A stretch of DNA of 63,431 nucleotides, filler included, from Choristocarpus tenellus KU-1152 (taxonomy: Eukaryota; Protista; Phaeophyceae): assembly GCA_964200185.2 (NCBI GenBank). It is 11 parts of 11 records of this genome, joined end to end, with 100 filler letters (N's around TTAATTAATTAA, not from the genome) between each part and the next. Parts side by side here need not be neighbours in the genome. Positions count along the whole stretch, not along the records: positions 37,092 to 48,369 come from CAXNAD020002410.1; positions 48,470 to 59,718 come from CAXNAD020002428.1; 9 more parts are not named here. One strand, written 5' to 3'. Of the stretch, positions 40,922-53,500 are shown piece after piece. The notes below the pieces were generated by a model. It was not told the origin of the DNA and made no database searches. It saw only the letters and a program-made list of their open reading frames with translations. A program made the position numbers and the translations under genes. Position 1 is the first letter of the stretch; every line of letters starts with the position of its first letter.

Positions 40922-41106
40922 GGCTCAAAGTATCCGGGGAGGGTGGTGGTGGCTGTCCATTTAGGGCCCATTTTTCCATGTCGCAATTTTTGGGTGATTT
41001 GGTAGCATGCATCGGATGGACAATGTAAGTGTACTTCTCCAGGTCAGGGCCCCAATGGACACCCTGGTGAGGAGCCTCCCCTCTCCCCCCCCAGATACTT
41101 TGAGCC
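40922..41106. mobile_element. 185-bp TIR element, family B (G/C-tract subterminal); partial copies at 1-30, 5177-5266, 23924-23972, 27245-27313, 48470-48508, 59819-59836, 63356-63431
   Basis: GGCTCAAAGTATCCGGGG ... CCCCAGATACTTTGAGCC. Confidence 0.75.
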
Positions 41107-41469
41107 TGATTTCACATGTCTGTAAGGCACGTGCAAAGACAGCAAACGGTGGTGTTAACGTTGGAAGAGAAGCGTTCAAGAAGGGGAAGTGTAGGAGGTG
41201 GTTGCACGAGCAATCAGTTCCAGTACACATGGGTACCAATATGAAGGCTCATGTTGCCCCTCCAATCGATCAGAAAAAGAAACAAGCTGATAACAAAAGA
41301 GATGAAGGGGTAAAAAAAAAGATAGTAAAACTTATCTATAGGATCATGACGGACAGAAGGCATCAACGCCGCAAGTACCAAGGAGGTGTGTCCTTAGTGA
41401 TGGCTGTGAGTCATGTACCAGAGTTAGCAATAGTACCAAAAATATATTTTCAGCTTCAAACAGGGTGAT

Positions 41470-43210
41470 CATGAAGATTCGTTCCAGCTTATCCATTTGG
41501 TCCTGGGTTAGCTTGCTGCTGCTACTTCTCATTACTCAATCACAAAATCGTTTGTGGGCAGGTTGTTGCCCCAAAATGTGCCAAGTAGTACTCACGGGTG
41601 TAGTGGACACCATGTACTGTCGGTTGAGCAACATCTTCCCCTCCTTCTGGAATCACTTCTGATGTTTGTTTGCAAATGAACTCAGAATCCAGACCAATAT
41701 TGATACGATTTGTTGGTTCAATTTGAAGGTAGGATGCACAGCATGTTTCAACAAAGTGTCAGTTAGGTTGACAAGTGGGGACGTAATCAACTCAACAGTA
41801 TCAGCTCCCCATAGGATCCACATATGTTTGAGGCCCATTGCCCTTTGATGACATCAACTGGATGTTGACAAGCGGAAGTTTATGTTACAGGTGAATAGCG
41901 CAAGCAGTATATGAGATTCGTAGCGCATAGGTGACCTTCCAGAATAAATACCAATTTCTTAGAAGTTACAGGAAAGATTTGTAGTTCTAGTACATATACA
42001 ACACCTGGCAGATGTCTTGCGACTTGCAGTCTGTAGAAATCGGGTGGATGACGCTAATATAATATTACTGTGAGAGTCACTCATCGTATTTCTTGCTCAC
42101 TCTTTCTCGAATAAAATATTAAGTCAAGCATTGAGCTAAGCACTAAGTGAAATATAGAGAGAAGAGTGATCGACACCCGCAAGTGGCTATCAACTGTGGA
42201 AATACCTCAGTAGTGTCGTTTAAAGGTCGTTGGATTTGAGCTACACATCCTGTGGAGGTTAAGTTCTTGAGCGGGCTGTAACATGGAGGTCCTACCGCCT
42301 CTCTTCAAACTGGAGAGAGTACTCAGTATTCACCTCGGCACTTAGGATTCTTGGTAGGTCCCTACTATAGCCTGGGTTTTCTTCTCTTGTAACATTTATT
42401 CATCTCTGCAAATCTTATCATCCATACACAAATACATAACAGTGTATCTCTGCTGAAGTGTCTGTCAACCACTGAGACAACACTGTTCCACCAGGGTATG
42501 CAACTATTCTGCCCCTGTGTAACAGTAGTATCTCAATGTTTACAAAAATCAGGGGCTGGGGAACTCAACCAGCATAACTGGTGAGCCATCACCCCACTAA
42601 CCTCATGCTACCCTCTAGCTGTCATCTCAACCTTTGTGTTTCCCCTTCAGTCCATCTGAAGATTGTACTCTGTTTATCCTCCCGCCATTGGGAGTTGGGA
42701 AAGTGGTCCAGGCGGGATTCAATTCCACAACCTCTGTATCTGCGACTATCTGCCCCTGCGGAACAGTGTTATCTCAATGTTTGACAGGTTCCAAGTACCG
42801 AACTGTAACTATCCTCTTCCTTCACTTCCCTTTCCTTTGTGAGTATTCCCATCTTTGTGGATGAACAACTTGTTTTTTGAGGGAACCCGCTCCACACCTT
42901 TTCATCCTCCACTTTCTCTGCCCCTTCTTTGTAGGCTCAGTTGGGGCATACTCTAACAATAAATGTGGCTGCATTGGATCTGCTGGTCATCAGGACCTGA
43001 ACCTTAGTGTCTGGGTTTGTACCTAGATAATCGACTTCTTCACTTCCAGTGTGACACAATGTCTCCCTAAGTCCGTCTTTGTCTTCACTGCCCTAAAATA
43101 GAGAGCATACCCACTGCAAGCTTCTGCTGCTCACCTTGTCTCCTGAAGCCCAATTACATACATATCTGATAGGTGCAGCTCGTAGGTCTATACCATTCAC
43201 ATATCCATTC
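41470..43210 (-). mobile_element. Degenerate non-LTR retrotransposon, apurinic-endonuclease region (RTE-like), interrupted by an LTR
   Basis: Minus-strand remnants VIGLQET and YAPT, typical of LINE endonucleases; heavily disrupted. Confidence 0.55.
41883..42297 (+). mobile_element. LTR (41883-42283) followed by a putative tRNA-Gln primer-binding site
   Basis: TGTTACAG...CTGTAACA perfect 8-bp inverted termini, immediately followed by TGGAGGTCCTACCG. Confidence 0.65.
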
Positions 43211-44064
43211 CACACCTTAAGACAAAGTAAACCAGAGGTATCCAGGTTTTGGTCGTTTTGCATTTAAGCCACTTTCAAAATCATATTTCTATGGATGGAG
43301 TACTAAAATTGATTTGAGAGTATTGACTTCTCTATTGTTTGAATTTTTTAAACAGAATATAGAAAATTCCCTACATTTATTTGCACAAAACACCTAAATT
43401 TGCACATATTTCTCAACATCCTAAAAATGCAACCTGGGTATCTCTTGCTTACTTTGGCTCCTTCTCAATGATGACTGCTCTCCCCCATTGCCAGGCCAGC
43501 ATGTGCTTGCATGGTAGTGACTTTCCGCAATTCCAAGGCATTTCCCTAACACATGCTGACCAATCCATTGTGTTTGCCATTGTCGTCCTCCCTCCAATGT
43601 CCCCCATGCTATAGTGCTGGATGGGTAGGCTAAGTAGACAAGAATGATGATCAGGTGGAGGGGATAAGGGGCCAACAAGACAGTAGTGCTGTGAACCTAT
43701 AATACACCATTATGCCACTGACATTTTGCTGATGTGTCACGGGAGGGGTAAGACAAAGACTCTAGGAACCTACCATTCAAATAATGGGTTGACCTTTTGG
43801 GACTACTCTAGGATATATTTGAAGTAGGGTATCCATACATCAAGTATCATTTGAAGTAGCAATGGAGCATGTAGTTTCTTGACAAAAAATATTCCCCAGT
43901 ACTATTTTGTGCCCACTGACATTTTCGAGATGTATTAGGTGAGAGACAAAGACCAATACAACCGAGAAACCTACAATAACCTCTTCAACAATAACGCACT
44001 AGTCGTCGTTTCCAATACAACCTACTTGTAATATTCCCCACGAATAGATGTTCACACTTGTATC

Positions 44065-44860
44065 CTCCTAGCCTAGTCTTACAAAGGAGGTCGAGGAGCT
44101 AGATAAGAATTTCTAGAATCTGCAAGGCCCCTTCTTTCCCACTAGCACGGTTCGTCTAGCTTGAAGTACATCACACATCTCGATAGAGACACCTCCAGAG
44201 TTACTAACGCTAGTTGTCTCAAACGAGTCTTCATCGCCCCTTTCTCACTGTGAATCCCAATCCCTCCCCCACTACCAAATGTGTCCTCACCACATTGAGG
44301 AACTTCTCTGCTTGCTTACAGAGGCGGTCAAAACTTGCCACCACGAAGGTGTTGAGATGAAAAACTATGAGAATAAATCGATCCTTTGTACTGGGTGCGA
44401 TTTCGAGTCTCCACTGTTGGAGCAGGGCTGCAATTGCTGGTGGATGAGTTCACCAGATGACAAGGCCCTTGGAACCCTTCAAAGTCACATCCACGAATAA
44501 GGTCTTGTCCTGATAGTAAGTTCACATAGTCTGCGACAGTGGCCCAACATGGAACATTGCATCCACGTGGAAATTGGCATCTTCCAGTGTGCAACGGATG
44601 CCCGATCCCCTGCAGCGTTGCCCTACCCACTTCACGTACTGTGCGTGGTACTGTGTTTGTCCTCCTGCCCTAAAGCAAGTGCGTCAAAGTCGATTGTCTA
44701 CATTCTGCCTCCTGTACCTGACCAACCAGCATCTGTTTGACGATGACACCTCTCTCCTGGCAGTGCTGCTAGAATCTACACAAGGAACTCGACATGTTGG
44801 CTGTGGCGACTCTGTCGTGACCCATCCATTATCCCATTGACCACACTGACTTTCGTGGTG
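44065..44860 (-). mobile_element. 3' portion of a degenerate LINE-like element
   Basis: Shares its terminal ~250 bp with 39305-39590; broken Cys/His-containing frames. Confidence 0.45.
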
Positions 44861-45635
44861 GACTGCGATAGAGCCAGAGGAGAACTTTTCCTCCCATGTT
44901 CGCCCACATCTACATCACAACGAGGTTATGATGTGTAAGTTGATATGATGCCTATCCCTACTTAAGGAAGGAATTGAATCCTTTTCAGTTGATATTCCTA
45001 ATCTTATAAATAGTCTGATACCGACGTACCGACATCGTTTGGGGATCTGAAATCAAGATTCAATGTCGTGGTGCAACTTCTACTACGCAAGAGCGAAAAA
45101 CCTGAGCCTTACATAGGCATACATAAAGGAAAGGAATCACAAATATTGTAGACAAATGTTGTAAGAAGGAGTAGTTTAATTATTATAGAAGTCTGCAATA
45201 GAAAATTCGATCTTGACTTATACTACAATATATACTTCAGTATAATAGTTACAATATGTAGGAAAAATATTATTTTATATCTATCTCCCCTTCAGTATGA
45301 AGAATCTCGGGTTGTTCGCATCTCTTTCACAATAGTATCAATTCCAGTATGTATTATATAAGAATTATTTCTATCTTACGTAAATAGTCGAATGTAAAAA
45401 ATCTGTTTCAATAAAACTCACTAAAAAAAGTGGAGATTAAAAGAAAGGGATCGACTCTTGACGTGTTTAACGCCTGCAACTGTAAGTAGAAATTGTGGCA
45501 ACTACACGTCATATCATAGCCCAGCTCCTTTTCCTGTCAAGTAGCAGACACATCAACCTCCTCCTATGTTGTCATTTATCAACTGCTGATTACAACCCCC
45601 ACGTGTGTTCTACGTGCAAGAGAGGTTGCGAAGCA

Positions 45636-47380
45636 ATGTTTCGTAGGCTTCTCCGTAGGTTATCGGCACCATTGTCGAGCTCCTCCTCTGGCAACGGGAC
45701 TAGGCCGAACCACCTCGGTTGCCCTCGATGCAGAAGGTGGGAAAGGGTTGATAGGCGAACTTGTGGATGATGAGGATGTGAAATGAGCCCACCAGTGTCT
45801 ATATAGGCATGATTTCTTTGGATTAATTCGGACTGTCCAAGTGCTAGAGCATTTTACGCTTGTTAACAACGGTTGATAGTATCAGTGAATTGATGCTATG
45901 TGATGTTGTCGTATCCCTTTGGCGCTATCACCTTTCGTTGATATCCTCTATTTGCACACCCTGATCCACCTCAGGGTATTGATCGTGCCTTCCAGGGAGG
46001 TGTTCCGATGTCCATGCGGGATGGTGTTCAGGTGAGAGGTTGCCCACGCACGTGAAACATGAGCGGAGAAACCTCGCCCCTCCTGAAATGCAGTTGTAGT
46101 CTGTGACTTGAAAGACCTTCTACCATGTGAATGAAAAGTCTTGACTGTGGATAAATTCTGTTGAATATCTGATCTATGCAGTCCTGTTATAACATCCTTG
46201 CCATCACTGCCTTTACTGCATCTTGTCCTCGTCCCAGAGTAACAAGCATGAGCAATGTGCAGCTCTTCCTTATGTCAAATCAACCAGATAATCTCAATGC
46301 CAAGGGGACTGGCCTGCCTCGGGAACTTATAGAACTAATGCCTGTGGTCACGTTTGGTGAGCAAACGCAAGCATACCACCCATCTTCATGTATTCTACGC
46401 TGTAAACATTTTCTACTTTCAGGAAGATTATAAACTTCCTGTGTGCCTCTAGGTAGCGTTATGGAAAAGTGAACAGATTGGGCAGCTGTCATTGGAGATA
46501 TCAGTTTTGATTTCTTCGGTGTTCTACATCTGTTACTGCTTTGCTCTCAAGCCTTCGGCGACAATAATTGCAATGTTGCAGTTGCCGACTATAGTATGAA
46601 ATGCAGAGACTGCTTAAGCTTGGCGCAGTTGGTGCCTTCGTCCCTATCCCACCCCATGTTTGGCTCGATCTACTCACAGAGTGAAGCCCTGCACCTTCTT
46701 TGTTATTGTGTCAATCCCCGGTTTGCGTTTTGCAGCAGCCGACAAGGATGACGATAAGGAGAAAAAGTCCTGCGAAGTTGTACAGGCACCGGTAGTAGGA
46801 GGGGAGGTGGATGTCGGGGGGAAAGTAGAGGCTGAGGAAGTATGCACTCACACTGAGGATGTTGCCGTGGCTGATGTTGGCAAAGTTGAGCCTGCCTGTG
46901 TGGAGACCACTTTGGCAGACAACTCGGATAAGACGTGCCGAATATGCCTCTGTGACTACAAGGTGACCTTTTCCTAGCAATTTCTATATTGTCTCGACTT
47001 GCATATATCTAGAAGTATTTCAAGAAAGTGTGCCTGCTGTAAAATATTGACTGCGATTCAAATAATAGCCTTTCCTTGTGGTTCATAATGTGTCGGCTCT
47101 TTTTTCCTCCATAGGCGGGAGACTTGCTTCGAGTGCTGCCCTGCTTCCACCGTTTCCATGTGGAAGATATTGATGAATGGCTGGATCGTAACCCACGTTG
47201 TCCCTTATGTCACTTGGATGTAAACGAGGCTCTCACAGGGTAAGTCTTGAGTGAACTTTGTGAAGCTGGCTGTGCATCCATCGGTGATATGCCCCTAAAA
47301 CACTTAATTTCCCACTGTGTGTGTTGTGCAGGAGAGCCCACCATGGTAGTTTCACCTTTGATGTAGAAGTCTGTGGGTAA
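45636..47380 (+). CDS. RING-H2-type E3 ubiquitin ligase with an N-terminal Zn ribbon; exons 45636-45736, 45975-46031, 46238-46356, 46736-46962, 47115-47239, 47332-47380 (or an in-frame stop at 47243 if the last intron is retained)
   Basis: [21 protein letters not shown]; [15 protein letters not shown]; [41 protein letters not shown]; splice phases consistent. Confidence 0.85.
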
Positions 47381-50300
47381 GAAATCGCGTAGGACCTCTT
47401 TGTTTTATCCTGCTTCTACCACACTTGCCTGTAGGCATTGATGGGAACAAGGTGGGGTATATGCACTCTTTTCCCAGAGATACTGAACATTGTGTTTTTC
47501 TCCTTGCTTAGTTTCACAGACTTTCCTTTTATTCAATATGGAATTGAGGTATTGCAGAGAGTATATCACTCTCTCTGAATATTTTGCTTTTGGGTACTGG
47601 GTCATTCAATGTCATGGCTGGCATGCTCTTCCTCAACGCTTCACCCTCCTCCACAAGTGACCTGATGAAATCCAGAGGAAATACAATCAAACAGACTTTC
47701 GTAGCAGAAATAAAGACCAAGAATTTCTGTTTTATCCTTCTCCTTTTGACTCGATAGCCAATGGCCCACCCTGTGTCCCTCTTCATTGTGCAGGGCCCCG
47801 TCGTTTGCCACTCTCAATCCACAGGAGAACAATCCCCTAGCCCGGTTTTCGAATGCATGATGGTTTTGTGGTAGGGGGAAAGGCAGCTCACTTGTCCCAT
47901 AGGAATGGCGGGTGAATGCCATGGGTGAGAGAGAAAGTGTAGAGGTAAGAGGCATGGATATGATTGTACTTGACCGAGGGATAGTGGGGATCTTTTTGGG
48001 ATTTTTTAGTGTGATAGGGAGATAGGGAGATGTCGTTGAAAAGTAGTTTGAATTTGATGTTCTTGAGGTGTCCGGTATTGGCAAAAATGGAATGCAAGAG
48101 GTAGGACCTGGACCTAGTAGTTACAGCCGATTGGGCTGCCATTGGGTGATAAATATTCAGTACCACATTTTACTTGAGGGTTTTATGTGTGTAGTTAGAA
48201 GTTATTTATGGAATATAATTTTTTGTTAGGATGGGGAGAGGAAAGTGCTGTGTGTGTACTTTTAATTCTGATGTGCAAGACCTAGTAGTTGAATTTGGTG
48301 GGTGTTTGGTTGTATTTCACCTATCACCCTGTGGCTCGAAACTTAGATGTGGTATTTGCAAGGGTATAANNNNNNNNNNNNNNNNNNNNNNNNNNNNNNN
48401 NNNNNNNNNNNNNTTAATTAATTAANNNNNNNNNNNNNNNNNNNNNNNNNNNNNNNNNNNNNNNNNNNNCAAATGGACAGCCGCCACCCCCTCCCAGATA
48501 CTTTGAGCCAGTACTGAATACTCCTTCCCTTTCCCTCTTCCTACCACTCATTTCTTTTTAACTTTTCACCCTTCTCTTAGCCAGTCATTCCTTAACTATT
48601 ATTTCTCTTCTTGCTTCCTTCTTTTTCTTTCCACTACCTTCCCTTGTCCTGTGCCCCCCACCAACCAGAATTCTTCCGTCCACAAAACTCAGATTACTTC
48701 ATAAACTTTCACTTCAAAAAGTAGTGACAATGCAAATTACCCTCTCTTATATATCGTCGTCTCTTATATCGACCTCTCTTATATAGCTATACATACATTC
48801 ATACACAAAAAAATAATAACCAACGTTTTTTTTCTTATGGAGGTTCTTTTCTTCTTTTTCGTTTTTTTCCGCTTCTTTTTGTTTCTGAATTCGACAAAAA
48901 AGAAATGAGATTATCTTTTCGTTTCTTTTCGTTTCTGAACTTCATAGAAAAATATATTGGCATTATCTTTTCGTTTCTTCTCGTTTATTTTCGCTTCGTA
49001 TAATTTCTCACCTTGATAAAAAAAGAAACAGGCACTCTATTTTCGTTTCTTTTATTTCATTTTTTCCACTTGCTTTCTTATTTGACTGGTTTGTTTTCCT
49101 TTATAGCATCTTCTCAATATAACCCTATTTGGATATTCATTTGTAATAATAATGTATGATCAGAATCCCCCAATTCAAACCTTTGACATAAACACTCTTT
49201 CTAAATAAAAAATAGAAAGAAACGAGTGATGACAGATATTAATTGTGGAGAGATTGAGTATCCACCAGTTTAGAGGGAGGAAGGAGGTGGGCATCTCAAA
49301 TCCAGTATAACAGAAAGAGGGAATGATTTATGATGTGGAATTTGTTGACAGACCATACATCTAACTAGCAAGAACAGATAATACGTTATGTGGAAGGGAA
49401 ATGTATGGTTTTAACGCTGGTATTGTTTTGATTAAATTTGAATACCATTCTAAGCCATGAGGTTGGAACCATAACAGAACACTAGTACAGAAACGCAAAA
49501 TTTCCTAGAAGGAATGAAACTGTTCGAACCAGTAAATTTGATAGAACCATTTTAAATGCTTTCCATCCTTTCCATCAATCTCCTTGTCTGATGAGTTATA
49601 ATAGGATATAATATAGAGCATGTGTTAACCCTCTTCTTCACTCTGGTATTGGTTTGAGTCATATTTTACAAAAAACATGTTTTTTCAACAAATGGAATGT
49701 CAATATGTATACTTTTGTATTAAAATATTTCAAAATTCTACCGTCATATGCTCCTTATACTATTTCTTATACAATTCGAAATATACTTTGATTCGGCAAA
49801 AATGGGGACAAGTAATAAGAATATCTTCCACGACCAAATAACCAGAGTTCGATTTTATTAGTTCAACTCCAATTTCAATACTTCATATGATTATCGGGGA
49901 ATTGTTACAAATTAGAATTTTGAAGTTTGATTTATACTCCATATTTTTCAAGAGGACCTGTAAATCCGGTTTCTTATTGTCTTAGAAAAATAGACATTGG
50001 GTATTTGTGTTTGGTAATTTCAATTAACAATATTTTTTTATTTCACTGATGGTTATTACGATATTTCAATAAATTGAAATTCTTATGGATTTTTGTTAAA
50101 CGATCAACTACTTTTAGTGGTATTATTGATAATTTGTGTTAAGGGAGAGACATATTGAAAAGGTGTACAAAAAAAATTATATATATTGTGTGATTATGTG
50201 AATAACATACAAGAATACAAATATATGGAGGAATAAGTAACGGAAAATAGTCTGTACACTCATGCAAAACTATTGCACACAAATAACCCTAGTTCACAAG

Positions 50301-50538
50301 AAACTGTTTGTCATTTGCTGTTTCCTATTCGTTGTTTACTGTAGAGATCAAAATATGAGATCGAAGATGTCAAATGTTATTCCGTGTTCGACGGACGTTA
50401 TTTTCTGTCCGGTACTACTAATTTGTGCCATTTCGGCACCACTATTTTTATGATTACCAATGTCTTCGACCTCTACCCCCACTCCATAAGTTAGACAGGG
50501 CTTCACATACTACTACTTCCAATACATCTCTTTGAACT

Positions 50539-53500
50539 ATGTCCAGGTGAAGAGAATCGCAGTTCGCTTTCGCTTTGAGTCTCTAACATACCGCACATCG
50601 CAACTCCACGCCGCTTCGTCTCTAATCTCCTGTTCGCCACCACTGTGCTGACCGTTAGACCTCTGTTTCGATTCTTGTCTTCTTGAGTAGGTTTGTCTGG
50701 ATCAGCCTTTGTGCTGCATCTCTTGCTGCAGCACAAACAATCACAGTTGAAAACCCTGGAAATATTGCTGCTGGGGATGAATTTAGAACAACTTGGGAAC
50801 CTTTCGGTACTGGGGTAAGCTAACCTGGATTTCGATGATTCGACCGTATATGCTGTAGACGATACTCGCCGAGGCTGGTGGGATAAATGGTAGATGCCCT
50901 GTTTTTCCCGTGTTTAACAAACACAAGATAAGCGATATGGTCGAACTGCCATAAATGGTTTGTAGTATGGATCGAGAATTGTCCCATTATTTTTGAATTT
51001 CTGACCCTTAGCGATGTTCGTTTGTTTTGGCAAAGCGCACGCAAAACTTCTTATCCAACGTCCTATACCAACCTGCACTCCTTCCCAGTTGAGGTACAAC
51101 TACTACCTCTACCCAAACTCTGAGTGCTCAGGGACGGCAGTCACCAACCTATGCTCCAAAAGTAACGGCTGCTTGGATAACACGGGGGATGAGAACCTCG
51201 TCGTCCCGTCGTCCGTTGTTGAAGGCATCTATTCCTTTAAGGTTGAGACCACCACCGAGTCTGCTTCCGGGTGCAGTGGGGGCTTCGCAGTGTCATCAGA
51301 CACTTCTGTACCGTCTCCAACCCCATCACCAGTCGTTTCACCAACCTCACAACCAGCCTCGTCACCAACATCTACAGAAACAGGTGGTATCACACTTCAG
51401 AATCCTGGTCCCTTGGATGCTGGTGATGGATTCAAGGCAGAATGGACCCCCTTTGCATCGAATGTGAGAGGTGTAACAAAGTTTGCAATTCTTCGCCTAG
51501 TAGAGGAAACTACTGGCACAGCAGTGTGGGCAATAAATATCGAGAATTGCAAGGCGAATATTTTTCAAATCAATAATCGCAGGAAGGCTTGACTCCATAG
51601 TTACATCTATATTGCTTTATATAACCTGTGAAGTTTCGTTTGGTGGTATTACGAAAGTTGCTTGATGGTTGTAAGGTTTTGCGACATAAAAGTAAATTCA
51701 GGATGAATCGATCGTACTTCATTGTAAGGATTGGCGATAGGTGAATCAACAGATAAGGTAGTCCAGAGCATTTAACTCATTCGCACCTAGCAGTTCAAGA
51801 GCATTGAATTTGTAGAGAAAACATTGTTAGTTCTGTAGTATGACTCGTAAATGGTTGCAATCATTAAAACTCTACTTCATATTTATTGAGCTATGCCTTT
51901 TTTGTTTCCTCTCTCTGATTAGCATAAGTTCTTATTCACGACCACACCCTGCTACCACACCCTGCTGTTGTACCTACATGTAAATATTTGTGTGTCAGTT
52001 GAGGTACAACTACTATCTCTACCCTGGTTCTACGTGCTCTGGATCTTCTGTTGCTAGCCTGTGCTCTAAAAGTAATGGCTGCTTGGACAATACTGGAGAT
52101 GAAAACCTCTTCATTCCAGAAGACATAGCATATGGCACCTATTCCTTGGGTATTTTTGTCACAGAGGAAACAGGGTCTGGCTCTGGGTGTAGTGGAGGTT
52201 TTGCTATAGCATCAGACATTTCCCCAACACCCACAACACCAGCTCCTGCTGGAACAGCGACCCCAGCTCCAGTTGTAACACCAGCTCCAGGCCCAGTCTC
52301 ACAGCCAACAGCCCCCACTTCTAGTCCGGTAGATTCTCCCTGGGATGATGAATTCAGGCCTGCCAAGGTGGCATGTGACCCATCCATCAGTGTTGAGGTA
52401 AGTGTGAAAGGGAATCGAGATTGGTGTGGTGTTCTCCTTCCTGTAGAGAAGTTGATTAGTTGAATAAAGCAAAATAACCTGAAATAGAAGACGTTTTTAC
52501 ACTAACGAAGATGTCAGGCCCTCAATTAGTTTGGGTGGCGCTATGTCTTTTTGCTTAATTCCCAGGAGTCATTCCTGCTACTTGGCAGGCACAAATATTG
52601 AATGGAAGGAGTTTAGCCAACAGGTTTATAGGTTGTGTTCATGACGCAATTGCTGTTTTAGGTTTGTTTAGACAATTACACTTCGATAAGCACCGTCCCT
52701 GGTTTATGATAATCTAATCAGCTTCAACAATAATTTTGCTGGTCTGTTGATTCTGTCACAGTATCGCTACTCCTCAACCTCTCAGAGGATGTACCTTGAG
52801 CACACAGATGGAACCACAGGTGGCTGTGCCACAATGACGGGTATCTTCAATTCCCGTCTGGAGACTGATGGCTCTTCCAAGGCAAGTATCACTACAGCTA
52901 CAAAGATGAGCTAAAGTGACCCACCAGAACTTAGGCACTTCTTGGAACATGATATGGGATACGAAACAGGATGATGCAACCACGTAGTCCTCTTCTAAAT
53001 CGTGAGAAGTGTGTTGAAAAATCAATTGAATGCAAGCCTTTCACTACTGTATACTCTCCCCACCTTAGAGGTGTTGACGAACAGAGGAAACTGAAATCTT
53101 TCATACCCATTTTTGGAAGCAATCCGAAAGTCTATTCTGTCCTCACCTATCTTCCACAGGGACCTGTTTACGTTTTGGATCCCTCGAGTGGTGACGTTAT
53201 CAATGATGCTGGAGTAACTCCAACAGGCCATTGGCTAGTAGAGGCAGACCTTTATGTCACTCATGGAATCACTCTTCAGGTGAGATGTATGACATTATCA
53301 GATGTAATCAGTTGAGGTTTGTACCTATCCCAGAAGAATGTGCATGTGAAAAGTGTGCAGTTTCTACAGCATTTTGGTTCTTTATTTCGCAATTGAGGAA
53401 AAGCTTGTTACTATTAGAGGTTCAAGGTTTACTGTTGTGAGTAGAAGAAAATGAATACTGGGTAGTATTGATGTAGTTGACCTTTCCATATCTTTTGAGT

